The notes: a model not told the origin generated them from the sequence alone. Shown: positions 45,305 through 55,091, counted from the stretch's first letter. The stretch is 64,000 nt of DNA from Prevotella sp. (GCA_017538195.1 JAFYJH010000045.1:486-64485); one strand, 5' to 3'. A program made the numbers and translations.

Positions 45305-47872
45305 ATGAAGAAATTTTACATCATCTCAAAAATTGTTGCAATTCTCGTCTTGCAGGCTTGTCCGTTCTGCAAAATCGACGCTGCGACGCAAGGAAGTGAA
45401 AAATTTGTGCTTGTCTATTACGACAAGGGCAAACTCGATGCCTTTCCCGAGGCTGTTGTGGCTTCGCGTGAGAACGTGCGCGGACAGTTGTGCGTTACGA
45501 CCGTTTCCGACACTTCGTTCTACTACAACCAGAGCCGAATCGACTCGGTGGTTGTGCGCACGAGGGACGAACTGAGCGGTCGCTTGGCGAAAATCACGCA
45601 GTTGAAGTTCAACAACAAATACAACGACCAAGTTTTCACCGATGTTTTCGCCGACATCGAGAAAGACAGCATCATCACGGCGCGCATCGGAGCCATCGGA
45701 AAATGGCTCACGCCGTCGTTCCAACTGTCTGACGACAATGCCCGCGTCTATATCGGCAACGAGCGGCAGGAGTCGAAGAAGTCGCGTCGCAGTTTCGCCA
45801 ACGATGTCTATTACACCGTCGCACTGCCCAATCAGCGGCTGTTCATGCAGACGAAAGTGAAGGACGAGGTCTGGAGCGAACCCGTCGGCGAATATTCTGA
45901 AACGGCTGTCGCGCTGAACGCCGGAATGTTCTCGACCAACCTGCCCGGACAGACGGGCGAGGGTTTTGAGGAAATGCTCGACGGCAACGCAGGCACGTTC
46001 TTCCACTCGACATGGAACGTGTCCGACCAAGAAGAAAAGCAAAGAATCTACACGACGCATCCCTATCTCGACATTGCGCTGCCCGAGGCCATGCGCCGCA
46101 TCCGCTTCGGCTACACGACGCGCAACTCAGGGCAATACTGGCCGATTTCGCTGACGCTGTCGGCTTCCAACGACGGTGAAAACTGGACGGAAATCAAGGA
46201 ACTGACCACCGCCGACGGTCTGCCGACAGGTGCCGGAGCGCAATTCCTGAGCGATGTCATCGACCTCGGTCGCAACTATTCGCACCTGCGAATCTATCTG
46301 AACGAGTCGTCAAAACGCCTCTACATGGTCTTCGCCGAGTTCCAGTTGAAGAAAGTCGTGCCTACGAGCGGTTCGCACGAGAGCGAGTTGCTCGAACCGG
46401 CTGAATATCGCTACCAGATGGGACCCTTCGGACGGAACTATCGCGTCCACATCGACTGGCTGACCGACAAGGCCGAGAACGTACCCACCGTCGAAATCGA
46501 CGTGGAAGGCCGCAAGATGATTACGAGCAAAAACTACTATTTTGAAGCCGAAATCACCATCGACGGCGCAGGCGTGTTCCCATCGATGGAAACCACGCCG
46601 ATGCACATCAAGGGTCGCGGAAACTCGTCGTGGTCGAGCTATTATTATAGTGATGCCGAAGACTACGGCTACGCCTATAAAAATCCCTATCGCATTAAAT
46701 TCGACGAGAAACACAAGCCTTTCGGCCTCACCAACGGTAAAAATTGGGTGCTTTTGGCCAACAAACAGGGCGGTTCGCTGACGAGCAACGCCATCGGAAT
46801 GAAAGCGGCCTGCCTCGTGGGAACGGAGGGTGCCAACCACATCGTGCCCGTCGAACTCTACATCAACGGCTATTACTACGGCAACTATAACTTCACGGAG
46901 AAAGTCGGCTTGTCGAACAACAGCATCGACCTCGAAGACGAGAGCCATGCCGCGATGCTCGAACTCGACACCTACGAATCCTACGACGAACCTCACAGGT
47001 TCCGCACCAGTTATTACAACATTCCCGTGAACGTGAAAAAGCCCGAATTTGGCGAGGAGGAAACCGAACTGACACCTGAAGACATCGAACAGGAAGTCAA
47101 CACCTTCATGGAGGCACTGAAAACGGGTCAGGAACTTTCCGACTATGTCGATATTCCGTCGCTGGCTCGCTTCCTGATGGTCAATGACCTCATTCTCAAC
47201 CACGAATTGAAGCACCCGAAGAGCACCTTCCTCTACAATCCTTCGGTGGGATTGGCCGAGAGCAAGTTCTTCTTCGGACCTGTCTGGGACCTCGACTGGG
47301 CCTTTGGCTACGAGGATTCGCGCACTTATTTCCAGTCCGCTGCCACGACCGACTACTATACCTCAACCTCGATGTCTGGCAAGCAGTTCATCCACGACCT
47401 GCGCTATGTCAGCCAGAAACTCGACAAGGAGTATTATGCCGTTTGGAAGCATTTTATGGACTACCAGTTGGAGGAACTCATCGAATATTGCGACGACTAT
47501 TACGCTTATGCTCAGCCGTCGATTGAGCATAATTCCAATGCGAGTTACTACGTTTACGACAGAACCGACTACCAGACCACGACCGAGAATGCCAAGAAAT
47601 GGCTGCGGAAAAGGGCTGAATACATTTTCTCGAATCTGACGGCCTACGATGTGCCCGACGACGGTCCGATCATCGACAATTTCGATGAGCCGGGCGATGT
47701 GAGCGGTGTGGAAATCGACGACAGAACCGACAATCTCGACGGCGGAAGCCTCGTCGATGTCTATGACATCAACGGTCGGCTTGTGAAGCGGCGCGTGTCG
47801 GTGCTCGACCTGCGTACAGGCTTGCAGCCGGGAATCTATATCGTGAATGGTAAGAAACTCGTGATTAAGTGA
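45305..47872 (+). CDS. CotH kinase family secreted protein with discoidin/F5-8-like domain and T9SS-type tail
   Basis: KGRGNSSW, KNPYRIKF, WVLLAN, GPVWDLDWAFG; LDGNAGTFFHS; C-terminal VYDINGR...PGIYIVNGKKLVIK. Confidence 0.85.
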   Translation: MKKFYIISKIVAILVLQACPFCKIDAATQGSEKFVLVYYDKGKLDAFPEAVVASRENVRGQLCVTTVSDTSFYYNQSRIDSVVVRTRDELSGRLAKITQLKFNNKYNDQVFTDVFADIEKDSIITARIGAIGKWLTPSFQLSDDNARVYIGNERQESKKSRRSFANDVYYTVALPNQRLFMQTKVKDEVWSEPVGEYSETAVALNAGMFSTNLPGQTGEGFEEMLDGNAGTFFHSTWNVSDQEEKQRIYTTHPYLDIALPEAMRRIRFGYTTRNSGQYWPISLTLSASNDGENWTEIKELTTADGLPTGAGAQFLSDVIDLGRNYSHLRIYLNESSKRLYMVFAEFQLKKVVPTSGSHESELLEPAEYRYQMGPFGRNYRVHIDWLTDKAENVPTVEIDVEGRKMITSKNYYFEAEITIDGAGVFPSMETTPMHIKGRGNSSWSSYYYSDAEDYGYAYKNPYRIKFDEKHKPFGLTNGKNWVLLANKQGGSLTSNAIGMKAACLVGTEGANHIVPVELYINGYYYGNYNFTEKVGLSNNSIDLEDESHAAMLELDTYESYDEPHRFRTSYYNIPVNVKKPEFGEEETELTPEDIEQEVNTFMEALKTGQELSDYVDIPSLARFLMVNDLILNHELKHPKSTFLYNPSVGLAESKFFFGPVWDLDWAFGYEDSRTYFQSAATTDYYTSTSMSGKQFIHDLRYVSQKLDKEYYAVWKHFMDYQLEELIEYCDDYYAYAQPSIEHNSNASYYVYDRTDYQTTTENAKKWLRKRAEYIFSNLTAYDVPDDGPIIDNFDEPGDVSGVEIDDRTDNLDGGSLVDVYDINGRLVKRRVSVLDLRTGLQPGIYIVNGKKLVIK

Positions 47873-47959
47873 GAGAAGAACTGAGCCTGCTCAGATTCTT
47901 CCGAACGTGAACGAGTTCGAGCGAAGCTCAAAGTGGTGATTAAGTGAGAGAAAAACTGA
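47861..47959. repeat. 24-bp direct repeats flanking a 51-bp element
   Basis: gtgattaagtgagagaa(g/a)aactga at 47861-47884 and 47936-47959. Confidence 0.8.
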
Positions 47960-47961
47960 TT

Positions 47962-50238
47962 ATGAAAATTGAGCAGCAGATAGTTGGCGGCGTGATGGTC
48001 GCAGTGAAAGAGTTGTACGGCGCAGAAGTGGCCGAAAGTCAGGTACAGTTGCAGAAAACGCGCAGCGAATTCGAGGGCAACCTCACCGTTGTGGTGTTTC
48101 CGTTTGTGAAGATGGCGCGGAAAAGTCCCGAACAAACCGCCGAGGAAATCGGAAAATGGCTGGCGGAGAACTGTCGGGAGGTCGTCAGCGGCTTCAATGC
48201 CGTGAAAGGCTTTCTGAATCTCGTCATTGCGCCGCAGGCATGGCTGTCGCTGCTTGAAAACATCGATCAAGACGAAAATTGGGGCTACAAAGCCTCCCTG
48301 TCGTCCCCCGAGGGGGACACAAATGTCCAAAATAAGGGTAATGAAGCCCCCTCGGGGGCAGTAGGGGGGGCTCCGCTTTGCATGATCGAATACTCCTCGC
48401 CCAACACCAACAAACCGCTGCACCTCGGCCATGTCAGAAACAACCTGCTCGGTTGGTCGCTGTCGAAAATCATGGAAGCCAACGGCTGGCGCGTCGTCAA
48501 GACGAATATCGTGAACGACCGCGGCATCCACATCTGTAAGTCGATGCTCGCGTGGCAGAAGTGGGGCAATGGCGAAACGCCCGAATCGTCGGGTAAGAAG
48601 GGCGACCACTTTGTTGGAGATTTGTATGTTAAATATAGCAAAAAAGTAAAACAACAAGAAAAGCTATTTCTGAAAAACTGGGAAGATGCTTTTATTCCTG
48701 AAAACATTGAAAGAGAGAGAGATGTATATGAAGAATTAATTAAAAGATATAATTTCTGGAATAAAAGGAAAAAAGATAATATCATTTATTGGTATATTAG
48801 TTTACTTTTTAGAAATATACTTAATACAATTGAAAACAAAAGGGAAGAAGATAGTATTAATGTAAAAGTAGAATTAGATATAAAAAAATACAAGGACTCT
48901 TTATTGTATATTTCAGAACAAATAAAGCAAAAGATTGAAGAATATAGATTTAATGAAGATTATGCATATGGAATGCATAAAATCTTTTTGGATTTTTTAA
49001 ACTTTTATATTAGAAATAAAGAAAGCAGGAAAAAAAATAGTGATATTTTAATTATATTATTAATTGAAAAGCGCATTATCAATCAGATAAATAGAAGTTA
49101 TTTATACCAAGCTCAACAAATGCTCGTGAAATGGGAGCAGAACGACCCCGAAGTTCGCAGTCTGTGGAAGATGATGAACGATTGGGTTTATGCCGGTTTT
49201 GACGAAACTTACAAGGCTCTCGGCGTGTCGTTCGACAAGATTTACTACGAGTCGGAAACCTATCTCGCAGGCAAGAAAAAGGTCGAGGAAGGCTTGGAAA
49301 AAGGGCTTTTCTTCCGCAAAGACGACGGTTCGGTCTGGGCCGATTTCACGAATGAGGGTCTCGACCAGAAACTGCTGCTGCGCAGCGACGGTACGTCGGT
49401 CTATATGACGCAGGACATCGGAACGGCGCAGATGCGTTTCGAGGACTATCCCATCGACAAAATGATCTATGTTGTGGGCAACGAGCAAAACTACCATTTT
49501 CAGGTGCTTTCGCTGTTGCTCGACCGCCTCGGATTCAAGTGGGGCAAGGAACTCGTGCATTTCTCCTACGGAATGGTCGAACTGCCGCACGGCAAGATGA
49601 AGTCGCGTGAGGGAACGGTCGTCGATGCCGATGAACTCGTGGCGACGATGATCTGCGATGCGCGGCAGATGAGCGAGGATAAGGTGAACAAATTAGAGGG
49701 TATCAGCGACGCGGAACGTGACGAAATCGCCCGAATCGTCGGAATGGGCGCTCTGAAATACTTCATTCTGAAGGTCGATGCTCGGAAAAATATGCTTTTC
49801 AACCCCGAAGAATCCATCGATTTCAACGGAAATACAGGGCCGTTCATCCAATATACCCACGCCCGTATTCGCTCGATTTTAAGAAAAAGCCTCTCCCCTA
49901 ACCCCTCTCCAAGTAGAGAGGGGAACTCCAATGGCACTTTTTCTCCCTCCCTTTTTGGGGAGGGTCGGGGTGGGGCTAAGGAAATTTCCTTGATCCAAAA
50001 ACTCAACGAATTCCCCGCCGTCGTCGAGCAGGCAGGCAAGGACTATTCGCCTTCGGGCATCGCCAACTACTGCTACGAACTGACGAAGGAATTCAACCAG
50101 TTCTACCACGACTACAGCATCCTCAATGCCGAAACCGACAAGGCCAAGCAAATCCGCCTCGCCATCGCCCGCAACGTCGCCAAAACGCTGAAAAACGGCA
50201 TGGCTCTCCTCGGCATCGAAGTCCCAGAGCGAATGTAA
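47962..50238 (+). CDS. argS: Arginine--tRNA ligase with three in-frame insertions
   Basis: EYSSPNTNKPLHLGH (HIGH), LLRSDGTSVY, GKMKSREG, GNTGPFIQYTHAR, LLGIEVPERM; 758 aa. Confidence 0.96.
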   Translation: MKIEQQIVGGVMVAVKELYGAEVAESQVQLQKTRSEFEGNLTVVVFPFVKMARKSPEQTAEEIGKWLAENCREVVSGFNAVKGFLNLVIAPQAWLSLLENIDQDENWGYKASLSSPEGDTNVQNKGNEAPSGAVGGAPLCMIEYSSPNTNKPLHLGHVRNNLLGWSLSKIMEANGWRVVKTNIVNDRGIHICKSMLAWQKWGNGETPESSGKKGDHFVGDLYVKYSKKVKQQEKLFLKNWEDAFIPENIERERDVYEELIKRYNFWNKRKKDNIIYWYISLLFRNILNTIENKREEDSINVKVELDIKKYKDSLLYISEQIKQKIEEYRFNEDYAYGMHKIFLDFLNFYIRNKESRKKNSDILIILLIEKRIINQINRSYLYQAQQMLVKWEQNDPEVRSLWKMMNDWVYAGFDETYKALGVSFDKIYYESETYLAGKKKVEEGLEKGLFFRKDDGSVWADFTNEGLDQKLLLRSDGTSVYMTQDIGTAQMRFEDYPIDKMIYVVGNEQNYHFQVLSLLLDRLGFKWGKELVHFSYGMVELPHGKMKSREGTVVDADELVATMICDARQMSEDKVNKLEGISDAERDEIARIVGMGALKYFILKVDARKNMLFNPEESIDFNGNTGPFIQYTHARIRSILRKSLSPNPSPSREGNSNGTFSPSLFGEGRGGAKEISLIQKLNEFPAVVEQAGKDYSPSGIANYCYELTKEFNQFYHDYSILNAETDKAKQIRLAIARNVAKTLKNGMALLGIEVPERM
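48291..48372. repeat. GC-rich palindromic element in-frame in argS
   Basis: Terminal inverted repeat agcctccct/agggggggct; inner hairpins tcccccgaggggga and gccccctcgggggc. Confidence 0.8.
49888..49977. repeat. GC-rich palindromic element in-frame in argS
   Basis: Terminal inverted repeat agcctctcccc/ggggtggggct; inner hairpins cccctctc..gagagggg and ccctccc..gggaggg; encodes SLSPNPSPSREG...GEGRGGA. Confidence 0.82.
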
Positions 50239-50260
50239 GGCCCCAGACCAACTATGAACT

Positions 50261-50683
50261 ATGCACTATGCACTAAAAACTGATAATGCTTGGGCCGTCG
50301 ATGCCGCCTGTTCGGGCAATCCCGGGCAGATGGAGTATCAGGGCATCGACCTTGCGACGGGTGCGCAGGTGTTTCATTTCGGACCCGTTTTCGGCACGAA
50401 CAACATCGGCGAATTTCTGGCGATTGTCCATGCTTTGGCATTGATGGAACAGCGCGGAATCACCGACAAAGTCATCTATTCCGACAGTTTCACGGCGATG
50501 ACGTGGGTCAATAAAAAGCATTGCAAGACCAAACTCGCCCACACGCCCGAAACCGAATCCCTCTACCAAATCATCCGCCGTGCCGAGCAATGGCTGCGCG
50601 TCCATCCCGTCCGCATCCCCATCATACAGTGGGAAACGAAACGCTGGGGCGAAATTCCCGCCGATTTCGGTCGGAAAAAGTAG
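50261..50683 (+). CDS. Ribonuclease HI (Bacillus halodurans type), catalytic domain only
   Basis: AVDAACSGNPG, TNNIGEFLAIVHAL, IYSDS, WGEIPADFGRK. Confidence 0.9.
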   Translation: MHYALKTDNAWAVDAACSGNPGQMEYQGIDLATGAQVFHFGPVFGTNNIGEFLAIVHALALMEQRGITDKVIYSDSFTAMTWVNKKHCKTKLAHTPETESLYQIIRRAEQWLRVHPVRIPIIQWETKRWGEIPADFGRKK

Positions 50684-50698
50684 TGTCATCCTTGCAAC

Positions 50699-51151
50699 AT
50701 GAGAAGTCATTGGAAAACATATCTCGGGCTGTTTCTGCTCATTGCGCTGCTCACCGGCTGCACTTGGGGCAAGAAGATGCGACAACGAATGGAGTACGTT
50801 GCCGAGTTTAACCTCATTGATTCTGCTTTCACGAAAGAATGGCAGCCGACTGTCGATTCCTTGGTCGCCTATTACCGCACCTACGGCACGGCCAACGAGC
50901 GCGTCACGGCCTACTACCTGAAGGGGCGCGTCCACCACGACATCGGCGAAGCACCGCAGGCCCTCGATGCCTACCAACGCGCCACCGAACAGGCCGACAC
51001 CACAAGCGACGACTGCGACCTGCATACGCTTTACGCCGTTTATGGGCAGATGGCAGAACTTTTCCATGCCCAATTTTTACCAGATGACGAAATGAAAGCC
51101 CTGCAAATGGCAGAGCGTATCGCGTGGAAAAACCGTGATACACTTGACTAA
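50699..51151 (+). pseudogene. Truncated TPR-repeat (lipo)protein fragment
   Basis: LTGC lipobox-like; TPR pattern AYYLKGRVHHDIGEAPQALDAYQRA; ends abruptly where the sequence turns AT-richer. Confidence 0.55.
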
Positions 51152-51162
51152 AATGAGTTAAT

Positions 51163-52917
51163 ATGAAAAAAAATGTTCTATCTGTTTTAATTCTTTTGCT
51201 TTTGACGATTGATGTCAAAGCACAAACCTACGAGGAAAAATACAACCTGAATTTCCGTGTCGGTCAAGTTTTTCACGGATGGTTTGACTATATCAATAAT
51301 TCCAAGATATACCATAAAGCCGACACTACGGACACGAGGAAACCGATTCGGTTTTTGCAGAAAGAATTGTGGGGATTTCGTGAGAAAATGGATATGAATC
51401 TCTATAGCCATAGAATGCTGTTGCTTCCAGCCCTTTCTAACCCGTCACTGAAAGTTAGCATTTCCTATAAATGCAAAAACCTTGAAACGGCGCGGTTGTT
51501 TGTCTATTCGCTCAACAAACAGATGGAGGTGATTAAAACAGACAGTATTTGTTTGAAAAATGCAGCCGATTTTCGGACAGACGGAATGGAAATTGGCACA
51601 AAAGATCTCCGTTTTTTGTCTTTTAGGCTGCAAGCAGTTGGAACAGACAGCACCTATACGACAAGGGTTGCTAGTTGTGGCCCGGAAGGATGTACGGAAC
51701 AGGAGAATCCTTCGAAAATCGCCAAAGTCAGAAACACCATTCCACACGAGATTTCCATTTTTCGGATTGAACTGAAAGACGGCGACAAAACGATTAATGA
51801 CCTTGTGTTTGAGGACATTCCGTCGCCCAATTTCAGCAAGGCTCAATTAGTAACATTATCGCCAGACTATTCGCTTACCCAAAAACAACTTTCGCTTATG
51901 TCTGGAAAAATCACGGCATTGGGCGAAGCAGTGCATGGAAGCGAAAAAATCAGGCAAGCGACCTCGGAATATATCAAATCGGCTATTTTAAGAAACCATG
52001 CTACCTTGATTTTGTGGGAACGTCCTCTTTTGATGTCACTTTTCTTTAACAGATACGTTCAAGGAAGCGACCTGATTAGCCCTGAAAAATTACAACAAGT
52101 GGGAGATTCCACTTCAGTTAGAGTGGAAAATATTGAATTGGCAAAATGGATTCGGGAATACAATAAAACGGCGACCGAAAAAGTCAGTTTCCTTGGAAAC
52201 GATGCCCAATATGAAGCCAACGAACCAGCTATGCATCTGAAAGACTATTTGCAGATAATCAATTCAGAAGCTCATTCTGTAGTTTTGGATTCCATCATTT
52301 CAACGATTCAAAAAGTTGACACCGAAAAAATCAAGGAAATGGCTCGGAAAGCGCTCTGTATCATCGAAGAAAACCGACCGCAAATAACCGATATTTTAGG
52401 AAATGACATTGAAATCATTTCTTTCTATATCAACAATTTGCTCAATGCTCCGATTTCAACGAAGAACAGCTATTATGAAAGGGATGAACAGATGTTTAAA
52501 AACACCGTTTTCCTGACAGACCTTTTTTGCAGGGGCAATCAAAGAGCCGTCATCAGTTGCCATCTGTTGCACGCGAATTATCAAACCGTTTATTCGCCTT
52601 TGTATAAGTCCTTTGGTCATTATATGAAAGATTATTTTAAAGACGACTATGTTTGCGTCGCCCAAACGGTTTGCGAAGACAGCGCAAAGGTCATCAATGG
52701 CCGGAGTTTTGAGCCAAAGGAGTTATCAGCTCCAGCACGTAACAGTATTGAAGAAACCTTTATGAAATTTGGTGTTAATTACGGCTATGTAGATGCAAAA
52801 AATCTCGATGAAATCATCAAAATTCGAATACAGGGGGCACACCATCTTCCTGCATCCGAAACGGATTGCTATATTCATCCTAAAAGTCAGATTCAGGGAA
52901 TACTGTTGATTGATTAA
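51163..52917 (+). CDS. Erythromycin esterase-family secreted protein
   Basis: Signal peptide; ALGEAVHGS, ERDEQM, CHLLHA, SFGHYMK resemble the EreA/EreB-fold motifs. Confidence 0.75.
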   Translation: MKKNVLSVLILLLLTIDVKAQTYEEKYNLNFRVGQVFHGWFDYINNSKIYHKADTTDTRKPIRFLQKELWGFREKMDMNLYSHRMLLLPALSNPSLKVSISYKCKNLETARLFVYSLNKQMEVIKTDSICLKNAADFRTDGMEIGTKDLRFLSFRLQAVGTDSTYTTRVASCGPEGCTEQENPSKIAKVRNTIPHEISIFRIELKDGDKTINDLVFEDIPSPNFSKAQLVTLSPDYSLTQKQLSLMSGKITALGEAVHGSEKIRQATSEYIKSAILRNHATLILWERPLLMSLFFNRYVQGSDLISPEKLQQVGDSTSVRVENIELAKWIREYNKTATEKVSFLGNDAQYEANEPAMHLKDYLQIINSEAHSVVLDSIISTIQKVDTEKIKEMARKALCIIEENRPQITDILGNDIEIISFYINNLLNAPISTKNSYYERDEQMFKNTVFLTDLFCRGNQRAVISCHLLHANYQTVYSPLYKSFGHYMKDYFKDDYVCVAQTVCEDSAKVINGRSFEPKELSAPARNSIEETFMKFGVNYGYVDAKNLDEIIKIRIQGAHHLPASETDCYIHPKSQIQGILLID

Positions 52918-53641
52918 AAAAATGCAAACTATTATGAATATTGTATTCTTCTCCTCATTAGACCCCAATGATATAAATAACTGGTCGGGTACCACTTGGC
53001 ATATCTTAAAAAGCCTTGAAAAAAAGCATCGGATTACTGTTATCGGAACACAAATGATTTCTCAAACAGTTAATTTTGTTTTAAAAAATTTTTCCATAAA
53101 GAATGCTTATGGAGGAAGATACTCTTTGTTATTTGGTAAATTATGTTCAGAATTGATCAATCGAGTTCCTGACTGTGATTTAGTTTTTATGGGTGATCTC
53201 CAACTTTCGCCCTATTTGGAAATAGATGTCCCCCTCGTTCATTTAAGTGATGTGAACTATCATTTATTCAAAGATTATGAATCCAAAAGCAGAACGGATT
53301 TCAGCAAGTGGAAATCCGAAAAAGACGAGCAGGCTCCAAATTTCGATAAGACGACTAACTGCAAAAATTCGCTGACATTATTTTTCTTCCCCGTCAAAGG
53401 TTGGGAATTCGGATGCGTCAATGAATGGTATTACAACGCCGTAAAAGGCATTTCCAATCATTATTTTTTAGATGCCCATGTTGCTTATCGGACAAAAAAG
53501 TATGAACTTCGTTTGGATTTGTACAATCTGATAGGCGATGGAAAGTATGAAAATCAGATTTTATCTACGACAACCAATGTCTATGCGTTGTACAGACTCC
53601 GCCAAAGGGAAGGATTGCTGACATTTGGGGTAAATCTTTAA
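52910..53641 (+). pseudogene. Apparent chimera: GT4-like glycosyltransferase N-terminus joined to the C-terminus of an outer-membrane/TonB barrel
   Basis: N-terminal DPNDINNWSGTT...VHLSDVNY; C-terminal alternating strands FLDAHVAY, LDLYNL, LRQREGLLTFGVNL. Confidence 0.55.
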
Positions 53642-53657
53642 TGTAATTAAAATCCAA

Positions 53658-53711
53658 CGGACTTCGCTTTGGAAAGTTCGTGAGGTTTCTTGTAAATTAT
53701 TCGCCCTGCAA
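53658..53711 (+). repeat. Repeat A copy 1 (partial; terminator-like module)
   Basis: cggacttcgctttggaaagttcgtgaggtttc...cgccctgcaa also at 54861-54940 and 57561-57639. Confidence 0.85.
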
Positions 53712-53992
53712 ATGATGGAAAGCAACACTTCTCGATTTTCTTTGGCAATCGGGGGTGAATTTTCGTAAATTTGCAAGAGCCGCTTATGCTTACGAGCCAA
53801 GTCAGGTAGTCGCAAAATTTGCGACACCCTACAAACACGGTTCACACAAGGGACAAGTACAAATCCAATTCGCTCAAGGATATGGGGCGGAGTTTGTCAG
53901 CCGTTTCGCTCTTGGGCATTGCAGCCGAGGATGTTATCAAGCAGGTGATTTAATTTACAACTTGTATTGAAAATCCGTTCTGCAACTGACGA

Positions 53993-54074
53993 CGATTTGA
54001 AAAAAATAACGATATTTTTTGGAAATCCGCAGTTTCTTTGTAATTTTGCAAGCGAGAAAATCAAAAAAAGCAGT
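53993..54074 (+). repeat. Repeat B copy 1 (promoter module, TTTG...TAATTTTG)
   Basis: 82 bp, two mismatches versus 54960-55041. Confidence 0.9.
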
Positions 54075-54075
54075 T

Positions 54076-54372
54076 ATGAGTACCCAACTGATGCAAAAGA
54101 CGATAGCCGACTACTTCAAAACCCAGCCCATTCAGAAGGCTTGGCTTTTCGGCTCGTTCTCGCGGGGAGAGGAAACTCCGTTGAGCGATGTTGATTTGCT
54201 CGTGCAGTATGACGACGACGGGATTAGCCTGTTGAAACACGCCGCCATGATTTGTGAGTTGGAAAAAATTCTTGACCGTTCCGTCGATATTGTCGAGGAC
54301 GGTACGCTGCTTCCCTTCGCCGTAGAGAGCGCCAACCGCGATAAAAAACTGATTTATGAGAGAGAATGTTAG
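54076..54372 (+). CDS. MntA-like minimal nucleotidyltransferase antitoxin
   Basis: LFGSFSRGE...SDVDLLV (GSx10DxD); overlaps the HEPN gene. Confidence 0.9.
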   Translation: MSTQLMQKTIADYFKTQPIQKAWLFGSFSRGEETPLSDVDLLVQYDDDGISLLKHAAMICELEKILDRSVDIVEDGTLLPFAVESANRDKKLIYEREC

Positions 54373-54856
54373 AGACCGCAACCGTTTGGAGCATATCGTT
54401 GAGGCCATTGACCGCATCCTTGACTTTGCCAACGGTAAGACGAAAGAGCAATTGGAAATCGACAAGCTGAAATATTACGGCATTGTCAAAAACATTGAAA
54501 TTATCGGCGAGGCAGCCTATAAACTTACTCGTGCGTTCTGCCATCAGCATCCCGAAACGCCTTGGGAATTTATTGCGAAAATGCGTCACGTGTTGGTTCA
54601 CGACTATTACAAAATCGACGCCAAGGAGGTTTGGAAGGTTATCAACGAAGACTTGCCGCGTCTTCGGGAGCAAGTGACTCATTATCTTTCCAATATTGAT
54701 TGGACGGAATGGGAAAAAAGTGAAACGGTTATTGCGGAGTCTGCCGTTCACAAGAATCTTGTGCAGACGGCTCAGCGCATGAAGAAAGACGGTATGGCCG
54801 TTCATCTGATTTCTCGATATACGGGATTGACGGCTGAGGAAATCGAGGAATTGTAG
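54356..54856 (+). CDS. HepT/DUF86 HEPN RNase toxin with an extra Rpn-like C-terminal tail
   Basis: IEIIGEAA, PETPW, MRHVLVHDY (Rx4HxY); tail AQRMKKDGM...ISRYTGLTAEEIEEL. Confidence 0.88.
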   Translation: MRENVRDRNRLEHIVEAIDRILDFANGKTKEQLEIDKLKYYGIVKNIEIIGEAAYKLTRAFCHQHPETPWEFIAKMRHVLVHDYYKIDAKEVWKVINEDLPRLREQVTHYLSNIDWTEWEKSETVIAESAVHKNLVQTAQRMKKDGMAVHLISRYTGLTAEEIEEL

Positions 54857-54860
54857 AAAC

Positions 54861-55041
54861 TTTCTGACAGCATTTGAAAACCTCGCGGACTTCGCTTTGG
54901 AAAGTTCGTGAGGTTTCTTTGTGAATTGTCCGCCCTGCAATCTGCCCTGCAATCGATGGCGATTTGAAAAAAATAACAATATTTTTTGGAAATCCGCAGT
55001 TTCTTTGTAATTTTGCAAGCGAGAAAATCAAAAAAAACAGT
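54861..55041 (+). repeat. Repeat A copy 2 plus repeat B copy 2 (terminator and promoter modules)
   Basis: A at 54861-54940, B at 54960-55041. Confidence 0.9.
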
Positions 55042-55091
55042 GAATTTTATGGCAATCGTCAGTTAAATCGGCGTTGTAAAATCAAGAAAAT

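Noticed and set aside
48610-49120. Intein or self-splicing intron in argS
   Set aside because: No Cys/Ser start with His-Asn end, no LAGLIDADG or HNH motif, and no evident group I/II intron structure; the frame is simply open.
51163-52917. Calling this a macrolide resistance gene
   Set aside because: Only fold-level motifs are present; the long N-terminal extension and signal peptide differ from EreA/EreB.
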